A stretch of DNA of 64,000 nt from Cyanophora paradoxa CCMP329 (GCA_004431415.1 QPMI01000129.1:1-64000); one strand, 5' to 3'. Shown: positions 40,619 to 53,656, numbered from the stretch's first letter. The notes: generated by a model from the sequence alone, not told the origin. Numbers and translations: made by a program.

Positions 40619-43600
40619 ATGATGGCGCCCCCACTCGAGTCCAGCAGCCACGGAGCGCGTGGCATCGCTGGCCTCGTCCGGGTGCTGAACAAGCGAGGGT
40701 CGAGCAACAAGCGGGCTTCCATCTGGTCAGGAGACGTGCGCGCCCCGCCCAAGGAGCTCGTAGCACAGGAGGAGGAGCCGTTGTTGCAGTGGGACGCGCC
40801 GCGCGAGGAATGGTGTGACGAGCGCGCTGCGCTGCCTGCGCATGCTCGTGGCCTTCCTGACGCGGTCTCAGGGAGGATGCGATGCGGCGGTTCATGCCGC
40901 AGCAGCGGGTGCTGTTTGCGCTGGGGCCGGGCAACGCGCTGCGGCGGGCGTGCATGCGGCTGTGCCTGTGGCGCGGCTTCTACCTGTTCTTCCTCTTCTG
41001 CACGCTGGCGAACTTCTGCACCATCGCCGCCCGGGACCCCGTCTGCGAGGCGCAGCTCGGCGCCCAGTGCTTTCGTGGCCGCCTCCTCGACGGTGCCCCG
41101 CCCGCCCGCCCGCCTGCCCACCCGCCCGGCCCGTGACGCCCCTGACAGGGTTTGAGCTCGCATTCACGGCCGTCTTCTCCTTCGAGGTCGTCGTGCAGGC
41201 GAGCTGGCCCCGCCCCGCTACCCCCCCCCTCCCCCCCCCCCCCCAAACCCCTACCCACCTCCAACTTCCCCGCCCCCTGCCTCAACGGGGTGCAGAGCAT
41301 CGCTCGCGGGCTCTTTGTGCCGGGTGGCTTCCTCCGCAGTGGCTGGGGCTACCTCGGTCCGCCACCCGCGTACCCCCCTCTCACCCCACCCCCCCGGAAC
41401 GGACGGGGCGGGCAGACGTGGCGGTGGTGGCGCTGGGGTGGCTCTCGCTGTCCCCCGAGGTGGGCTCCTTCGGCTCCATCCGCACCCTCCGCCTCTTCCG
41501 CGCCTTCCGCGGCCTCAAGCGCTATCTCCCCGCCATCCGCGTCCGCCCCCCTCCCCCCCCTGCACGCGGTACCCCCCCGCTCAGGCGGCGGGGCAGGTGC
41601 TGGCGCGGGCGATCGGGGCGGTGGCGCCGACGCTGGGCCACCTCTTCGTCCAGCTCGGCTTCTTCTTCGCCGTCTACGCCATCGCCGGCCTCCAGCTCTT
41701 CGAGGGCACCATGACGGCCCGCCCCCGGCCCCCCTGCGCCCCCCGGGGCCCCGCCCCCCGCCCGCCCGCCCCCTCTCACTCCGCCCCCAGAACCGCTGCG
41801 TGGACTCCCTCACGGGCTCCCTCCTTCCCACCTCCCCCGCCTGGCCCGGCGAGGACGTGCGCCCCTGTGGCTGTGCCCCCGCGGCCTTCTCCGGCGCTCA
41901 CGTCGCGCAGTCGTACCCGCGGCACATGTGCTCGCTGGAAGAGGACTCGGGCCGCCCCTGCGACCCGGGCTCCCGCTGCGCCGGCGGCTTCCCGGTGGGC
42001 CCACACCCCCCGCCCCTCCTTTACCCCTTGCCTCACCACGCCGCTTCCAGCTGCCCGTGGGGGGTACGGTCGGCTTCGACCACCTTGGCGTCGCGCTGAT
42101 GACCGTCTTCCAGGCCGTCACGGTACCCCTCCCCCTTCCCTCTCCTCCAACCCGCCCTCTTGACGCTTCCCGCCCCGCAGCTCTCGCAGTGGACCATGTA
42201 CAGTGCGCGGGCTCGGGAAGCGGGGGTGCGCAGCGGCGGCCCTTGACGCGTACCCCCCTCCCTTCCCGCAGTGTACTGGACGGCCCACGCGACGAACCAG
42301 GCCATCGCCTACTGCTACTTCATCTCCCTGTACCCCCCGCTCCCCTCCAAGGGACCCCTGCGCCTCCCCCGACGCCGGCCGGCAGGGTGCTGCTCGGGGC
42401 CTTCCTCATCCTGAACATGGCCATCGCCGCCATCACGACCAAGGCGCGAGCCGCCGCCCCCCCGGCGGGGCCCCGCGCGGCGCCCGCTGACCCCCGGCCG
42501 GCGCAGTACGACGAGATCGACCAGATCGAGGCGAAGGCGGCGCGGCACAACATCGGCGCCCAGATCGTCCTCCTCGTGCGCCGCGGCTTCTGGAAGAGCT
42601 ACCGGCCCCTCCGCGTCACCCGCAAGGCCTCGGCGGCGCTGGCGCGCTCTGTGGGGGGCCGGATCGCGGGGTCGCGCATCGGGCGGGCGACGACGGCGGT
42701 GTACGAGCGGTGGCGGGGCTCGGAGGCGCGGGAGCGGCTGCGGCGCTTCCTCGCCGCCCGCCGCGGCCTCGTCTACCTCGCCCTCGTCGGCAACTACTTC
42801 CACCTCGCCGGTGCGCACACAGGAATCGCCCCTCGTCCTCTGTCGCCCCCGGGGCTCCGCTGAGGGCCCGGCCCCCGCAGTGTACGAGGCGCCCGCCGGC
42901 CCGACCGCCGCCGCCATCCACCGCAGTGCGCCCTCCCCCTACCCCCAGCCCGGGCCCCGCCCCTGCGCCTCTCGGGGGCGAGCGGCTGGCGGGGCAGGCC
43001 TCTACTACTTCTTCACTGCGCTGCTGGGGGCGAGCGCGCTGGCGGACCTCGCGCTGCGCGGGGGCGACTACTTCGCCTCCCCCTGGAACCTCCTCGACCT
43101 CGCCGCCACCGCCTGGAGCCTCGCCGAGTGCGCCGCCGGCGTCCAGCAGCCCTACGGCAACGCGCTGCGCATCCCGCTGCTGCTCCGCCCCCTCGCCAAG
43201 CTCGACCCGACCCTCGCTGTCCTCGTCGAGAACGCCTGGCGCGCCGTCCGCGGCCTCCTCGGCTTCCTCCCCTTCTTCCTCGTCGCCATTCTCGTGCTTT
43301 CGGTGCTGGGTGCGGTGCCGCCCGCGCGCGCCGCCGCTGTCGGAGCGGGCTCACCCGCAGACGCGGCGGGGCAGGGGTGCAGCTGTTCGGGGGCGCGTGC
43401 GTGTGGGCGGCGGCGTGCGCGGGGCAGGCGGCGGCCGGGGAGCGGCCCCGGCGGGCGCACTTCGACGACCTCTTCAGCGCGTACCTCACCGTCTTCCGCG
43501 TCATCACCGCCGACTCCTGGAACGACGTGCGCCCCCGCACCGCCGCCCCGCCCGGCGCCGCCCCGCCCCGGTTGAGCCCCGCCCCGCCCCGTCGGCGGGG

Positions 43601-46600
43601 GCAGGTGCTGGCGGACAGCGTGCGGGCGACGGGGGCGTGGGCGATGCTCTACTTCCTCGCCGTCTTCTTCGTCGGCCTCTACGTCCTCCTCAACGTCTGG
43701 CAGACCGTGCGCCCCCCGCCCGCCTGCATGGCGCGCCGCCGTCGCCCCTCCGCTGCCTGCGCCGCCCTCCCTCACGTCGCCGGCGGCGCTCGCAGATCGT
43801 CATCATCAACATCTGCGACAACCTGCAGACGGCGGCGCGCGGGGGCGCCGAGCGCCAGCTGGACCCCGCCCGCGCCCTCGCCGAGTCCGACGAGGAGGAG
43901 GAGGGGGAGGGGGAGGGGGAGGGGGAGGGTAAGGGGGCCTACTCGGAGGCGGGGGCGTGGTCCGAGGGCGGCTCCCGCTCCGCCCCGGCCTCCAAGCCCG
44001 CCTCCAAGCTCGCCTCGCGAGCCGCCTCCTCGCCCGCGCTCCGCCTCAAGTCCCTCGAGGGGCCCCCTCTCCCCCCCGACGCCGCCACCGCATTCCCCGG
44101 CGCCATCGCCCCGGCCGAGCCGGCGGAAGAGGACGAGGATGCCGAACTGGCGCCCCCGGGCCCGCTGCTGATGGTGCCCCTCGGGCTCGCGGAGGCGCCC
44201 GGGGCGGCGTGGCCAGAGCGCTCCGAGGAGGACTCCTCCTCCTCGTCGGCCCTCCCGCGCTCCCTCGCCGCCCTCCCGGCCCCCTCCAGCCCCGGCGCAG
44301 CCCCCTCGCCCCGCCGCGTCCGTAGCGCCCTCCGCTCGGCGCGCGGCGCGGGGGCCGACGAGGCGGAGGCGCCCCGCTCGGTGCGCTCGGCCCGCGCCGT
44401 CTTCGTGGAGCGGCGGGGGCCCGACGAGGACGGGGAGCCGAGAGGGACTCCGCCTCCGCCTCGGACGAGGCCGCCGCCCCCGCCGCCCGCTCCTTCGTCC
44501 GCCCCGCCCGCCCCGCCCCGCCCCGCCCCGCCCGCCCCGCCCCGCCGGCGCCCTTCTGACGGCCGGCCGCCCGGGCACGCAGGCGATCCCCTCGGGGACG
44601 CACCTGCGGAAGGCGGGCGGGGCCGCCCGCCGCGGCTCCTCGACCTCGGCGAAGAGCGCGGGCGGGGCACCCTCGCGGCTGCGGCGCCTCATGGGGCACC
44701 GGCGCTCCTCGCAGGCGCTGCTCAGCTGGTGGGACGCGGCCGTCGCGCGCGCCAGCCTCCGCCTGGCGCCCTTCACGGGGCCGGGGTCGGCCTCGCTCTG
44801 CTGCCTGGGGCCGGGGAACGGGGCGCGGCGGGCGGCGGGGGCCCTCGTGGAGGGCCGCCCCTGGTTCGCCCTCGTCATGGCCGCCGTCCTCGCCAACGCC
44901 GCCGTCATGGGTACCCCCCCCCCCCCCCCCCTTGCCTCGCCCGCCCGCCCTCCTCACTCTTGGCAGGGGTGGAGGTCAGCATGCCGCCGGGGGAGCCGCA
45001 TCGGGCCCTCACCGCCCTCAACTCCGCCTTCACCCTCGTCTTCGCCCTCGACCTCGCCCTCAAGGCCCCCCCGCCCCGCCCCCTCCACGCCCCCCGCCGC
45101 CCCGGCCGAGGCCCCTCGCAGGTGGTGGCGCACGGGGCGGTGCTCGGGGAGGGGGCCTACCTGCGCTCGCCGGCGGCCTGGGTGGACGCCGCCGTCGTGG
45201 CGGCCTCGCTGGCCTCGCTGCAGGGGGAGATCCTGGCGCTGCCGCAGGACAAGGCGGCGCGCGCCGTCCGCGTCGCCCGCTCCCTCTCCCTCCTCCGCCT
45301 CTTCGCCCGCCTCCGCACCGCCCGCGCCCTCTGGGCCACCCTCACCGAGGGCGGCGGCGTCCTCCTCCGCGTCCTCCTCATCAACTGGCTCCTCTGGTCC
45401 GTCTTCGCCGTCGCCGCCGTCCGCCTCTTCGGCGGCGCCATGCACGTCTGCTCGTGCGCCCGCCCCGGCCCCCGCCCGCCCTCCCCCCTCGATGACGCGT
45501 GGCAGGGACGCGCGTGTGACGCACAAGGCGGCGTGCGCGGGGCTCGCGCTGGACCCCGAGACGGGGGCGGAGCGGGCGCTGGAGTGGCGCCCCGTCTTCT
45601 ACTGGCAGTCCCTCGACAACTACTTCTACGCCATGTTCCACCTGTCCGCCCCGCCCCGCTCCGAGTTGCCTCGCGCCGCTCAGAGCTGCCTCGCGCCAGG
45701 TACGAGGTGGCGGCGCTGGAGCAGTGGTCCCTCTACCGCGAGCACGGCGAGGAGTGCGCGCCCCTGCGCCCCTGCGCCCCGCCCCGCGCGGCGCTGGCTC
45801 GAGCGGGGGCGGGGCGGGGCAGCGCGACGGGGTGGGAGACGGCGCTGCGGGAGGGGGCGCGGCCCTCGGCGGCGCTCTTCTTCCACGTCTTCCTGTACGC
45901 CGGCCTCTTCTCCGGCTTCGCCATGATCATCGGCACGGGTGCGCCAGGCCCGCCCGCACTCCGGCCGCCGTCTGAGGCGGGGCGGCGGGCCGGGCCGGTC
46001 GCGGCAGTGGTGCACTTCTTCTCGCACGCGCGGAAGGCGGACGCGGAGGGGGCGCACGAGGCGGCGGGGGAGCTCCTCACAGGCCCCCAGAAGGAGCTCT
46101 ACGACATCCTCGCCCTCGGTGAGCGCGCAGCGGGGGTACAGGAAGAGGGGAGGGGCGAGTCTGACGCGGCGGCAGCGGTGAAGCAGCGGCTGCGGAAGAA
46201 GCAGCAGGCGCCGCGGGGGCGGCTGCGAGGGGCGCTGTACCGGGGGGTGCAGGGGGCGTGGTTCGAGGCCGGGGTGCAGCTGCTCGTGCTCGGGAACACG
46301 GCGCTGCTCGCCTCGCTGCACCACCCCCGCCCCCCGGCCCTCGACGCCGCTTTCGAGTCCGCCTCTTCCTCCCCTCCCCTCCGCCCCTCGAACGCGGGCG
46401 CAGGCAGGCGAACGTCTACTTCGCGCTGGCCTTCGGGGCGGAGATGCTGCTGAAGCTGGCGGCGCTGGGCCCCCGCGTGTACCTGGCGAGCGCGTGGGAG
46501 CGCTTCGACGGGGCGATCACGGTGCTGGGCCTCCTCGGCCTCCTCGCGACGGCCGTGCGGGTGCCCTTTGTCGGGACCAACGCCCTCCGCGTCCTCCGCC

Positions 46601-48698
46601 TCGCCCGCATCCTCGTCCGCGCCCCGCCTTCCCGGCCCCCCGCCCCGCGCCCGCGCGTGACGCCGGGGCAGCGCTTCGTGCGGCTCGCGCGCTTCGTGCG
46701 GGGCGTGCAGGTCCTCATGACCACCGTCGCCCACGTCCGCCCGCCCCGCGCGCCGCCCCGCCTCCGCCCGCCCCGACGCCGCCGCTGTGCCCGCGCAGTG
46801 CCTCCCCGCGCTCTGCTCCGTCGGCCTCCTCATCCTCCTCATCATCTACGTCTACGCCATCGTCGGCGTCTGGTCCGCCCCCCGCCCCCGCCCCCTCCCC
46901 CCCCATCCTCACGCCCCCGGCCTCGGCGCAGGCTCTTCCAGGGCGTGGCGCTGGAGGGCGCCGTGCAGCTCTCGGAGGACGCCAACTTCCGCTCCCTCCC
47001 GCGCGCCCTCGTCACCCTCTACCGCATGACCACCGGCGAGAACTGGAACTGGATCGTCCGCCCCGCTCCCCGCGCTCCGCCGCGCCCCGCTCGGGGGCGG
47101 CCCCGCCTGAGGGGGTCCGGGGGCAGATGTGGGACCACATGCGAGGCCCCGAGACGGGCTGCGTGCCGGGGTCGCCCTCGCGGGACTGCGGGACGACCTG
47201 GGCCGCCCCCCTCTACTTCTGCTCCTTCGTCCGCCCCCGCCCCCGGCCCCGCCCCCCGCCCCCCGAGCTTGCCCTGCGGGGCCGCCTCACGCGGGGGGCG
47301 CGGGGGCAGATGTTCGTGACGTACTTCGTGCTGAACCAGCTCTTCGTGGCGGTCGTCCTCGACGCCTTCGAGGACGTCGCCGCCCGCGCCGAGTACCGCG
47401 TCTCCGTCCGCCCCGCCCAGCCCCCGCCCCCGCCCCCTTGCCCCCGCCGCTTCCTGAGCGGCTGCCGGCGGCGCAGGAAGCGGACGTGGAGGCGTACGCG
47501 TGGACGTGGGAGCGGCAGGACCCCGCCGCCAGCGGCTTCGTCCACGTCGCCTCGGGCCTCCGCCCCGTCCTCCGCGCCATCGGCCTCCTCCACGCCGACG
47601 CCGCCTCGGCCGGCCCCGCCCCGCCCCTGCCCACCGCGCGCGGCCTCCAGAAGACGGCGCGGAGCCTGAGCCAGGCGGGGGGGCCCGGGCGGGCGCGGGG
47701 GTCGATGCTTGCGGCGCTGCGGGCGCTGGGGGAGGTGCCGGTGGCCGGCGGCCGCGTGCACTACTTCGACCTCATCAAGAGCCTTATCGTGCGGGCCTAC
47801 CGCGAGCACGGCGTCCTCCTCCCCCGCACAGCGAGCGCCGCCTCGAGCGCCTCGCCGCCGCCCGCTTCCCGGGGCTCGCCGAGCACCGCCGGCGCGCGGG
47901 GGCGCAGGCGGCGGCGCTCGGCGAGGCCGGCGAGGGCGGCGGCCTCGTCGTGGCGTACGCGGCGGCCCGGCTGCGCGCCGCCCTCGAGGGCAACGCGCAG
48001 CGCCGCCGCCTCCTGCGCGACGCCGCCGCCGCCCCCGCCGCCGACCGCATCCCGCCCTCCGCGCCCTCCGCCGCATCTGCGGCATCGCCCCGCCCCCGCC
48101 TCCGACCCCGCCCGTGGCCGATGCCGCGGCCGGATCCGGGGCCGAGGCCGGGACCGGGACCAGGGCCGGGCCGGGCGGGGCGGCGGCCGCCCTCGCGGGA
48201 GCTCGCGCGGCGGGCCCCGTCCGGGGCCTCCGGGGCGGCGGGGGCCCGGAGGCGGCGTTCCCGAGGCAGGGGAGGGGGCGGGGTGCGGGGCGTCCCCGCG
48301 GGGCCGGGGCCGGCGGGGCGGGGCAGGGGCGGTGCGGGCGGGCATCCTCCTCGGGGGCGACCTCGAGTTCGACGACCTGGAGGCCCGCCCCCCGCCCCGC
48401 CCCCGCGAGCGCGAGCGCTGAGGGAGGCGGCGGGGCGCAGACAACAGTGCTCAAGGAGGCGCCGGGCGCGAGCTCCCGCCCCAGCAGCGACGACGAGGCG
48501 GACGCGGGGAGCTCGAAGGGGGCGGGGCCCAAGGGCGGGGAGGGGGCCGGGGCCCCGGGGCGCGCGCCGGCCGCCGCGGGGCGCCCCGAGCTCTTCGCGG
48601 TGCCCGTGGCGGTGGCGGAGCGGGCGGCCCCCGTGCAGGAGGAGGCGCCCCTCCCCGGCGCCGTCTTCGAGGCCGGCGTCGCCCTCACCCGCTTCTGA
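40619..48698 (+). CDS. Complete four-domain (4x6TM) voltage-gated-like cation channel (Cav/NALCN/Cch1 superfamily)
   Basis: Four repeats with S4 (IRTLRLFRAFRGLKR; LRIPLLLRPL; ARAVRVARSLSLLR; LRVLRLARILRFVR) and pore loops (VFQAVT|LSQW; VFRVITADSW; LYEVAALEQW; LYRMTTGENW); S6 LFVAVVLDAF; EF-like WERQDPAASGFV and VHYFDLI. Confidence 0.92.
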
Positions 48699-49099
48699 CC
48701 CCGCCCTCCATCCCGAAGTACCCGGTGACCCGTGACCAAAAGAGATCGCATTCCAAGTTTTCTATTGCTGCTGCCATGGCCACGGTATACAAGCGCTTCG
48801 CTCATGTCTAGACTGTCTAGACCTGGTACACGTAACCTTCGCCAAGGGGCCGGGGGCACTCGCTTAGAGAGTCGGGGGGAGGACGTTGACTTGGTAAGCA
48901 CAAGGAAACGAAATTTCGGCTCTTCAAAAAGTGAAGAAATTTCGGAGCGACTTCAGTTTGTTCGTTGCGTCGACGTCAAGTTGCATACTAGAGGGTAGAG
49001 CCTGCTGATAGAGGAAGGCGCGCGTCGTCGAAGAGCACACCCGCCGCGCTGCGTCCGCTAGTAACGCTAATGCGCTGGCGCACCTCTCGCGTTTGCAAC

Positions 49100-49469
49100 T
49101 TTCTCGGGAGAAGAGCCTTGAATCTCGTCGTATTGTAGCACTCAGCGTGCTTCGCTTTGTAGCACTCGCTCCAGCTTGCGCCTAGTCCTGCGCCGCAGGA
49201 CGCGCAGCATGGCCCCGGCGACAAGACCACGGCACGTCCCGGCAGATCAAGGCCGACGCGCACCTTCCAGAAGCCCTTCTCGAGCTTGCCGGCGGTCTGC
49301 TCGAAGTCGGCGGTCATGGCGGCGCCCTGAGCGACTCCTGCAGCGCGGCTCGGCACGGAGTGGGAGGCGCGCTCCATGCGCTGCCGAGACACACCTGCAG
49401 AGGCAGATCCTCCAGCGAGTCATAGGTGCTCAGGTTGAGCTCCCCCCAGCCCTCGTCGTCCGTCTTCAT
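49100..49469 (-). pseudogene. Truncated, frameshifted copy of the 5' end of the coiled-coil gene at 58005
   Basis: MKTDDEGWGELNLSTYD nearly identical to 58005. Exon 2 has a 1-nt deletion and a 6-nt insertion giving TGA at 49316-49314. Degenerate remnant AKHAECYN versus AKHGEYYD. Confidence 0.8.
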
Positions 49470-49690
49470 GGCGGCCAGTTGGCGCGGACCGTACCGCGGT
49501 GAGCTCGGTCTCTTCCTACTGACTTCCGCTCGCTCGGCAGGCCTGCATTTGCGCTGACGATTCGAAGAGCCAATAGACACGGATACGCTATTCTTTTGAT
49601 GCGAAGTTAGCTGGAAGCATCCAGCGGTCAGGCCGATGCGGTAGCACGCACAGCGGCTTCGGTAGCCTGTACAGGCATCACACAGCGCAT

Positions 49691-52600
49691 ATGGGGCCCG
49701 GGCGCGCGGGGTCGCTCCTGGCGCTCCTGGCGCTGCTAGCGACCGCTTCCGGCGCCCCATCCAAGTACCAGTGGTGCGGCCATGCCCTCTATCACGCACC
49801 AGGATCGCTCCGCGGCGAGCCCCGCGCAGGCGAGTCGACGTAGCGGACCCCGCAAACCCGAGCTCGCCGGCGCCCGCCGTGGTGCCTGGAGCGGACTACC
49901 TCCTTGTTGTTCGCGTTGCCGACGAGGCGAGCTGCGCCCGCCCGATCCGCGCGGCGAAGCTGAGCGCGCAGTAGACGGGGGCGGCGGACGCCGAGACGAC
50001 GCGAGAGCTTTCGGCGCTGGGCCTGAAGCCGCGCTTCTTCTACCAGTACGAAGCTAGTATCGAGGGGAGCTCGCTGAACACAAGCTGGGAGGCCGGTGCG
50101 GGCCCGCGGCGGTTCGGGCGCGGTGCAGCGCGGCACGGGGCTGACCCGCCCCGGGCAGCGTACCAGCCGCCGAGCGAGGAGTGGCGGGTGCCGTTTCGGA
50201 CGGGCGAGGCCGGCATCGCGCAGCTCACTGTCTTGAGCAATCACGTCGGGGCCTTCGGCGTCTACGTCCGCGCCTCCCCTCGCGCCGCGCGCGCACCGCC
50301 GCCTCACGCGCCGCGTAGCTGCCGGACAAAGTCGTGTCGTTTGCGGTGAGCCCGTTCCAGGCGCGCGTCGGCCCCGGGCAGTACCGGGTGCGCCCCGCCC
50401 CGCCCCGCCTGCCTTCCCGCGCCGGGCTCGCCGCGCGGGGCCGACGGGCGGGGGCAGTCGCTGGTGGGGGCGGAGTCGGCGGGGTACGAGGGGGGCGGGT
50501 CGTACCGGCTGCCGGGGCCGGTGCTGCAGCCGGACCTGGTGCCCGGGGTCTCGCCGGTGGGCCTCGTGCTCTTCGACGGGGGCGCGGGGGCCCTCCTCGC
50601 CTCCGCCTCGGAGTTCCGCGACTCCGTCTTCCTCGCCCCCGACCTCGCCCGCTTCGCCGCCGAGCCGCCCGCCTGCCCCGACCTCCCCGCCGCCTCTCTC
50701 CAGGGCGCCCTCGCCCTCGCCAACCGCCTCCTCCTCTCCACCCGCTACGGCCTCGTCCAGGCCGCCGCGCCGGCCTCGGGCCCCGGCGCGGGCCCCCGCG
50801 AGCTCGTCTGGAGCATCGCCCTGCGCCAGTGCGTCGCCGTCCTCTCCAACCCCGCCCAGGTCCGCCCCCGCCCCGCCCGCCCCGCCCCGCCCGCCGGCCC
50901 GCGCCGGGCGAGCGGGGCGCGCGGGCGCAGTACAACGCGTTCCGGACGGCGTTCAACGACCACCAGTTCGCGCTGACGGCGCCGCCCGAGGCGCGCGTCT
51001 TCGTCTCCTTCCCGGCGAGGAGGCTTCTCCGAGCTCCAGGCCCGCCCGCCGCCCCGCCGGAGCCCGCGCCGCCGCGGCGCGACGCGGGGCGCAGGGCTGG
51101 GCGCTGGGGCTGTCGGCGGCGACGGCGCGGCCGGTGGCGATGACGGCGAGCCTGGCGGAGCCGGGGCTGCTGCAGCTGCTGGTGGAGGCGGGGCGGGCGG
51201 GGCGCTGGGGAGCGGCGGGCGGTACGCGCTGCGCACGTACAATGTCAGCGGGCGCGCCTGGGCCGCCGCCTTCGAGTTCCCCGCCGCCATCCCCGACGGT
51301 GCGCGCCCCGCGGGCCCCGAGGGAGCGCGGGGCGGGCCGAGCGGCGGCAGACTCCTCGACGGGGACGCGCGTGGTGCACGTGCCGGCGACGGCGCCGCCC
51401 GGCGGCGTCGCCCTCGAGCTCTCCGGCCTCCAGGCGCGCCCCGGCCCGCCCGGCCGCCCCGCCGCCGCCGCCGCTGACGGGGCGGCAGTTCGCGCGCGCC
51501 GTCTCGCGGGACCTCTTCGCGACGGGCAACGCGCTCCTCTACTCGTGCGGCCCCGCGGCGCGCGCCGGCGGCGGGGCGCTGAGGCGGCGCAGGGCGTCGG
51601 GCGGGCGCTCGTGGGTGGTGCTGCGCGTCTTCGCGCCGCGGCGGGTGGCGCAGCTCGAGACCTCCTCGGCCGGCACCTATGCGCTCCTCCTCGACAACGC
51701 CGAGGCCCGCCCCGCCGCACGACCCGGGCCCGGCGCCGGCGCCGGCGCTGAGGGGCGGCAGGCGTGGTACGGGGTGGCGGGGACGGCGACGCTGGTGCAG
51801 CTGAGCGGGGCGCGGGCGGATCCGGCGGCGGCGGGCTTCGGGGCGGCGCGGGCGCTGCTCTTCGACCTCTCGTCGGCGCTCTTCGAGCTGACGCTGGCGG
51901 TGGGGCCCGGCGGGGCGCTGGCGGCGCAGCGGGCGGACCCGTACACGGCGAAGCTGGAGGAGCTGATGGCGCTGGAGGCGCTGCAGCGCGGCGAGGCGTG
52001 CCCCGTCTCCGCCGTCGCGGTCGCCGCCTCCCACAGCTCCCTCTACACGCGCCAGCCGGACGAGGAGCCCGTCGGCCTCCCCGCCGGCCTCTTCCTCGAC
52101 CGCGGCGCCTCCTACTCCTTCGCCCTCTCCCTCAACGCCTCGGAGGAGTACTGGCGGCAGCGGGAGGCGGGGCGGGCGGCCCTCCTGCAGGAGCCGGCCC
52201 TCCTCCTCCAGGTCGGCCGCACCGACCTCGTCTCCGTCACGCTGGAGCCGCTGCCCCACGACGGCTCCCCCATCTTCTCCTACCTCGCCACTGTCAACGA
52301 TCTTTCCGCGTACCCTGCGATGTCACCCCCGGGGGAGCGCCTGGAGGTGACGCCCGTGCGGCTGCTCGTCGCCGGGGCGGCGGGGGCGTGCGCGGGGGCC
52401 GTGGCGGCGCGCTACGAGACGGAGGTGCACACGGGCTGCCCGCCCGGCCGCCGCCTCGTATTCGATCCGCTCGCCTCCGGCACGGCGATCATCTGCTCCG
52501 AGAAGGCCCGCCCCGCATCCGTCCCCTTTCCCGCCCGCGCCTCTGACTCTGTTGCGTTCAGTTCGGCGTCCCGTGCTTCAAGATGGCCGACGGCGCGCGC

Positions 52601-53656
52601 GCCCTGCTGCCTTCGCTTCTGTACACGCGCCTTGACTCTGCGGCGCAGACTTCCTGCCGGTGTTCAACCTGACGGACACCGTCGCCAACACGACCGGCGT
52701 CTACCGCGGTGCGCCCCGCCGCCGTGCCCCGCCGGCCCCGCCCTCACGCTCCGCCCCGCCCCGTGCGCAGGGCGCTTCTTCCTGGAGGCGGTGGCGGCAG
52801 GCGAGACGCCCTCCTCCCTGCGCCGCTTCACCGAGGAGGAGGTGCGCGCGAGGCGAGCCCCGCGCCGGCGGCGCCGGCGGCTCGAGCGGGGGCGGCGGGG
52901 CGCAGATTACGCGCTTCAACCACGGCAAGGCCCTGACCTTCGTCCCGATCGACGACGTGGCGGTCGTCGAGGACGGCGGCGTCGAGAAGAGCGTCTACAC
53001 GCGCTCCACGAACACCATCCAGTGCGCCCGCCCTTGCGGGCTCCTCCTAGGCCGTGGTGCGGGGCTGGGGCGAGCGGGGCGGGGGCGGCGGCAGGTGGGT
53101 CTGCGCCCCCGGCAACCCCTGCGAGATCGTCTTCCCCAAGGGCGGGGAGCCCCCCGAGGTGCACCCCCGCCCCGCCCCCGCCGGCCGCCCCCGGCCCCGC
53201 GCGCCCCTGCCGGCCGACGCCGGCGGCAGCTCTACCTCGAGCTGCGGGCCACGACCATCCCCGAGCGCGCCTCCTACTGCAACCACACCGCCCGCTTCAC
53301 CGTCCGCCCCGCTCCCCCGCTCGCAACGCCGCCCCCGCCCTCCCCTCACGCGCCCCACCGCAGGTCCTCCTCACCGGCATCTCGATGGACGCCACGACCA
53401 CCTACATCAGCGTGCGCCGCCCCGCCCCGCCCCGCGCCCCGCGCGCCGCGCCCGACGCGGGCCGCGGCCGCAGGTCGGAGTCACGATCGGCTTCCTCGTC
53501 TTCCTCGTCTGCGTCTCCGCTCTCGTCCACCGCTTCCGCCACCCCGAGGCACGCCGCCCCGCCCGCCTCGTTCCGACCCGCGCGCCCACGCGCCCGCCCG
53601 CGCCGCAGTTTTTCGGCTACGAGCCACGCGCCGGGGCCCGCCCTCACGAAGAGTAG
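49691..53656 (+). CDS. CATSPERG: CatSper auxiliary subunit gamma-like protein, copy A (signal peptide, large ectodomain, single C-terminal TM; ~20 exons; apparent frameshifts near 51010-51190)
   Basis: GCPPGRRLVFD...PCFKMADDFLPVFNLTDTVANTTGVYRGRFFLEAVAAGETPSSLRRFTEEEITRFN...WVCAPGNPC...PE...SYCNHTARFTVLLTGI then TM; matches the CatSper-gamma C-terminal domain as I recall it. Confidence 0.8.

Noticed and set aside
40619-48698. Channel as a CatSper alpha subunit
   Set aside because: It has four linked domains and lacks the uniform TxDxW filter of single-domain CatSper alpha subunits.
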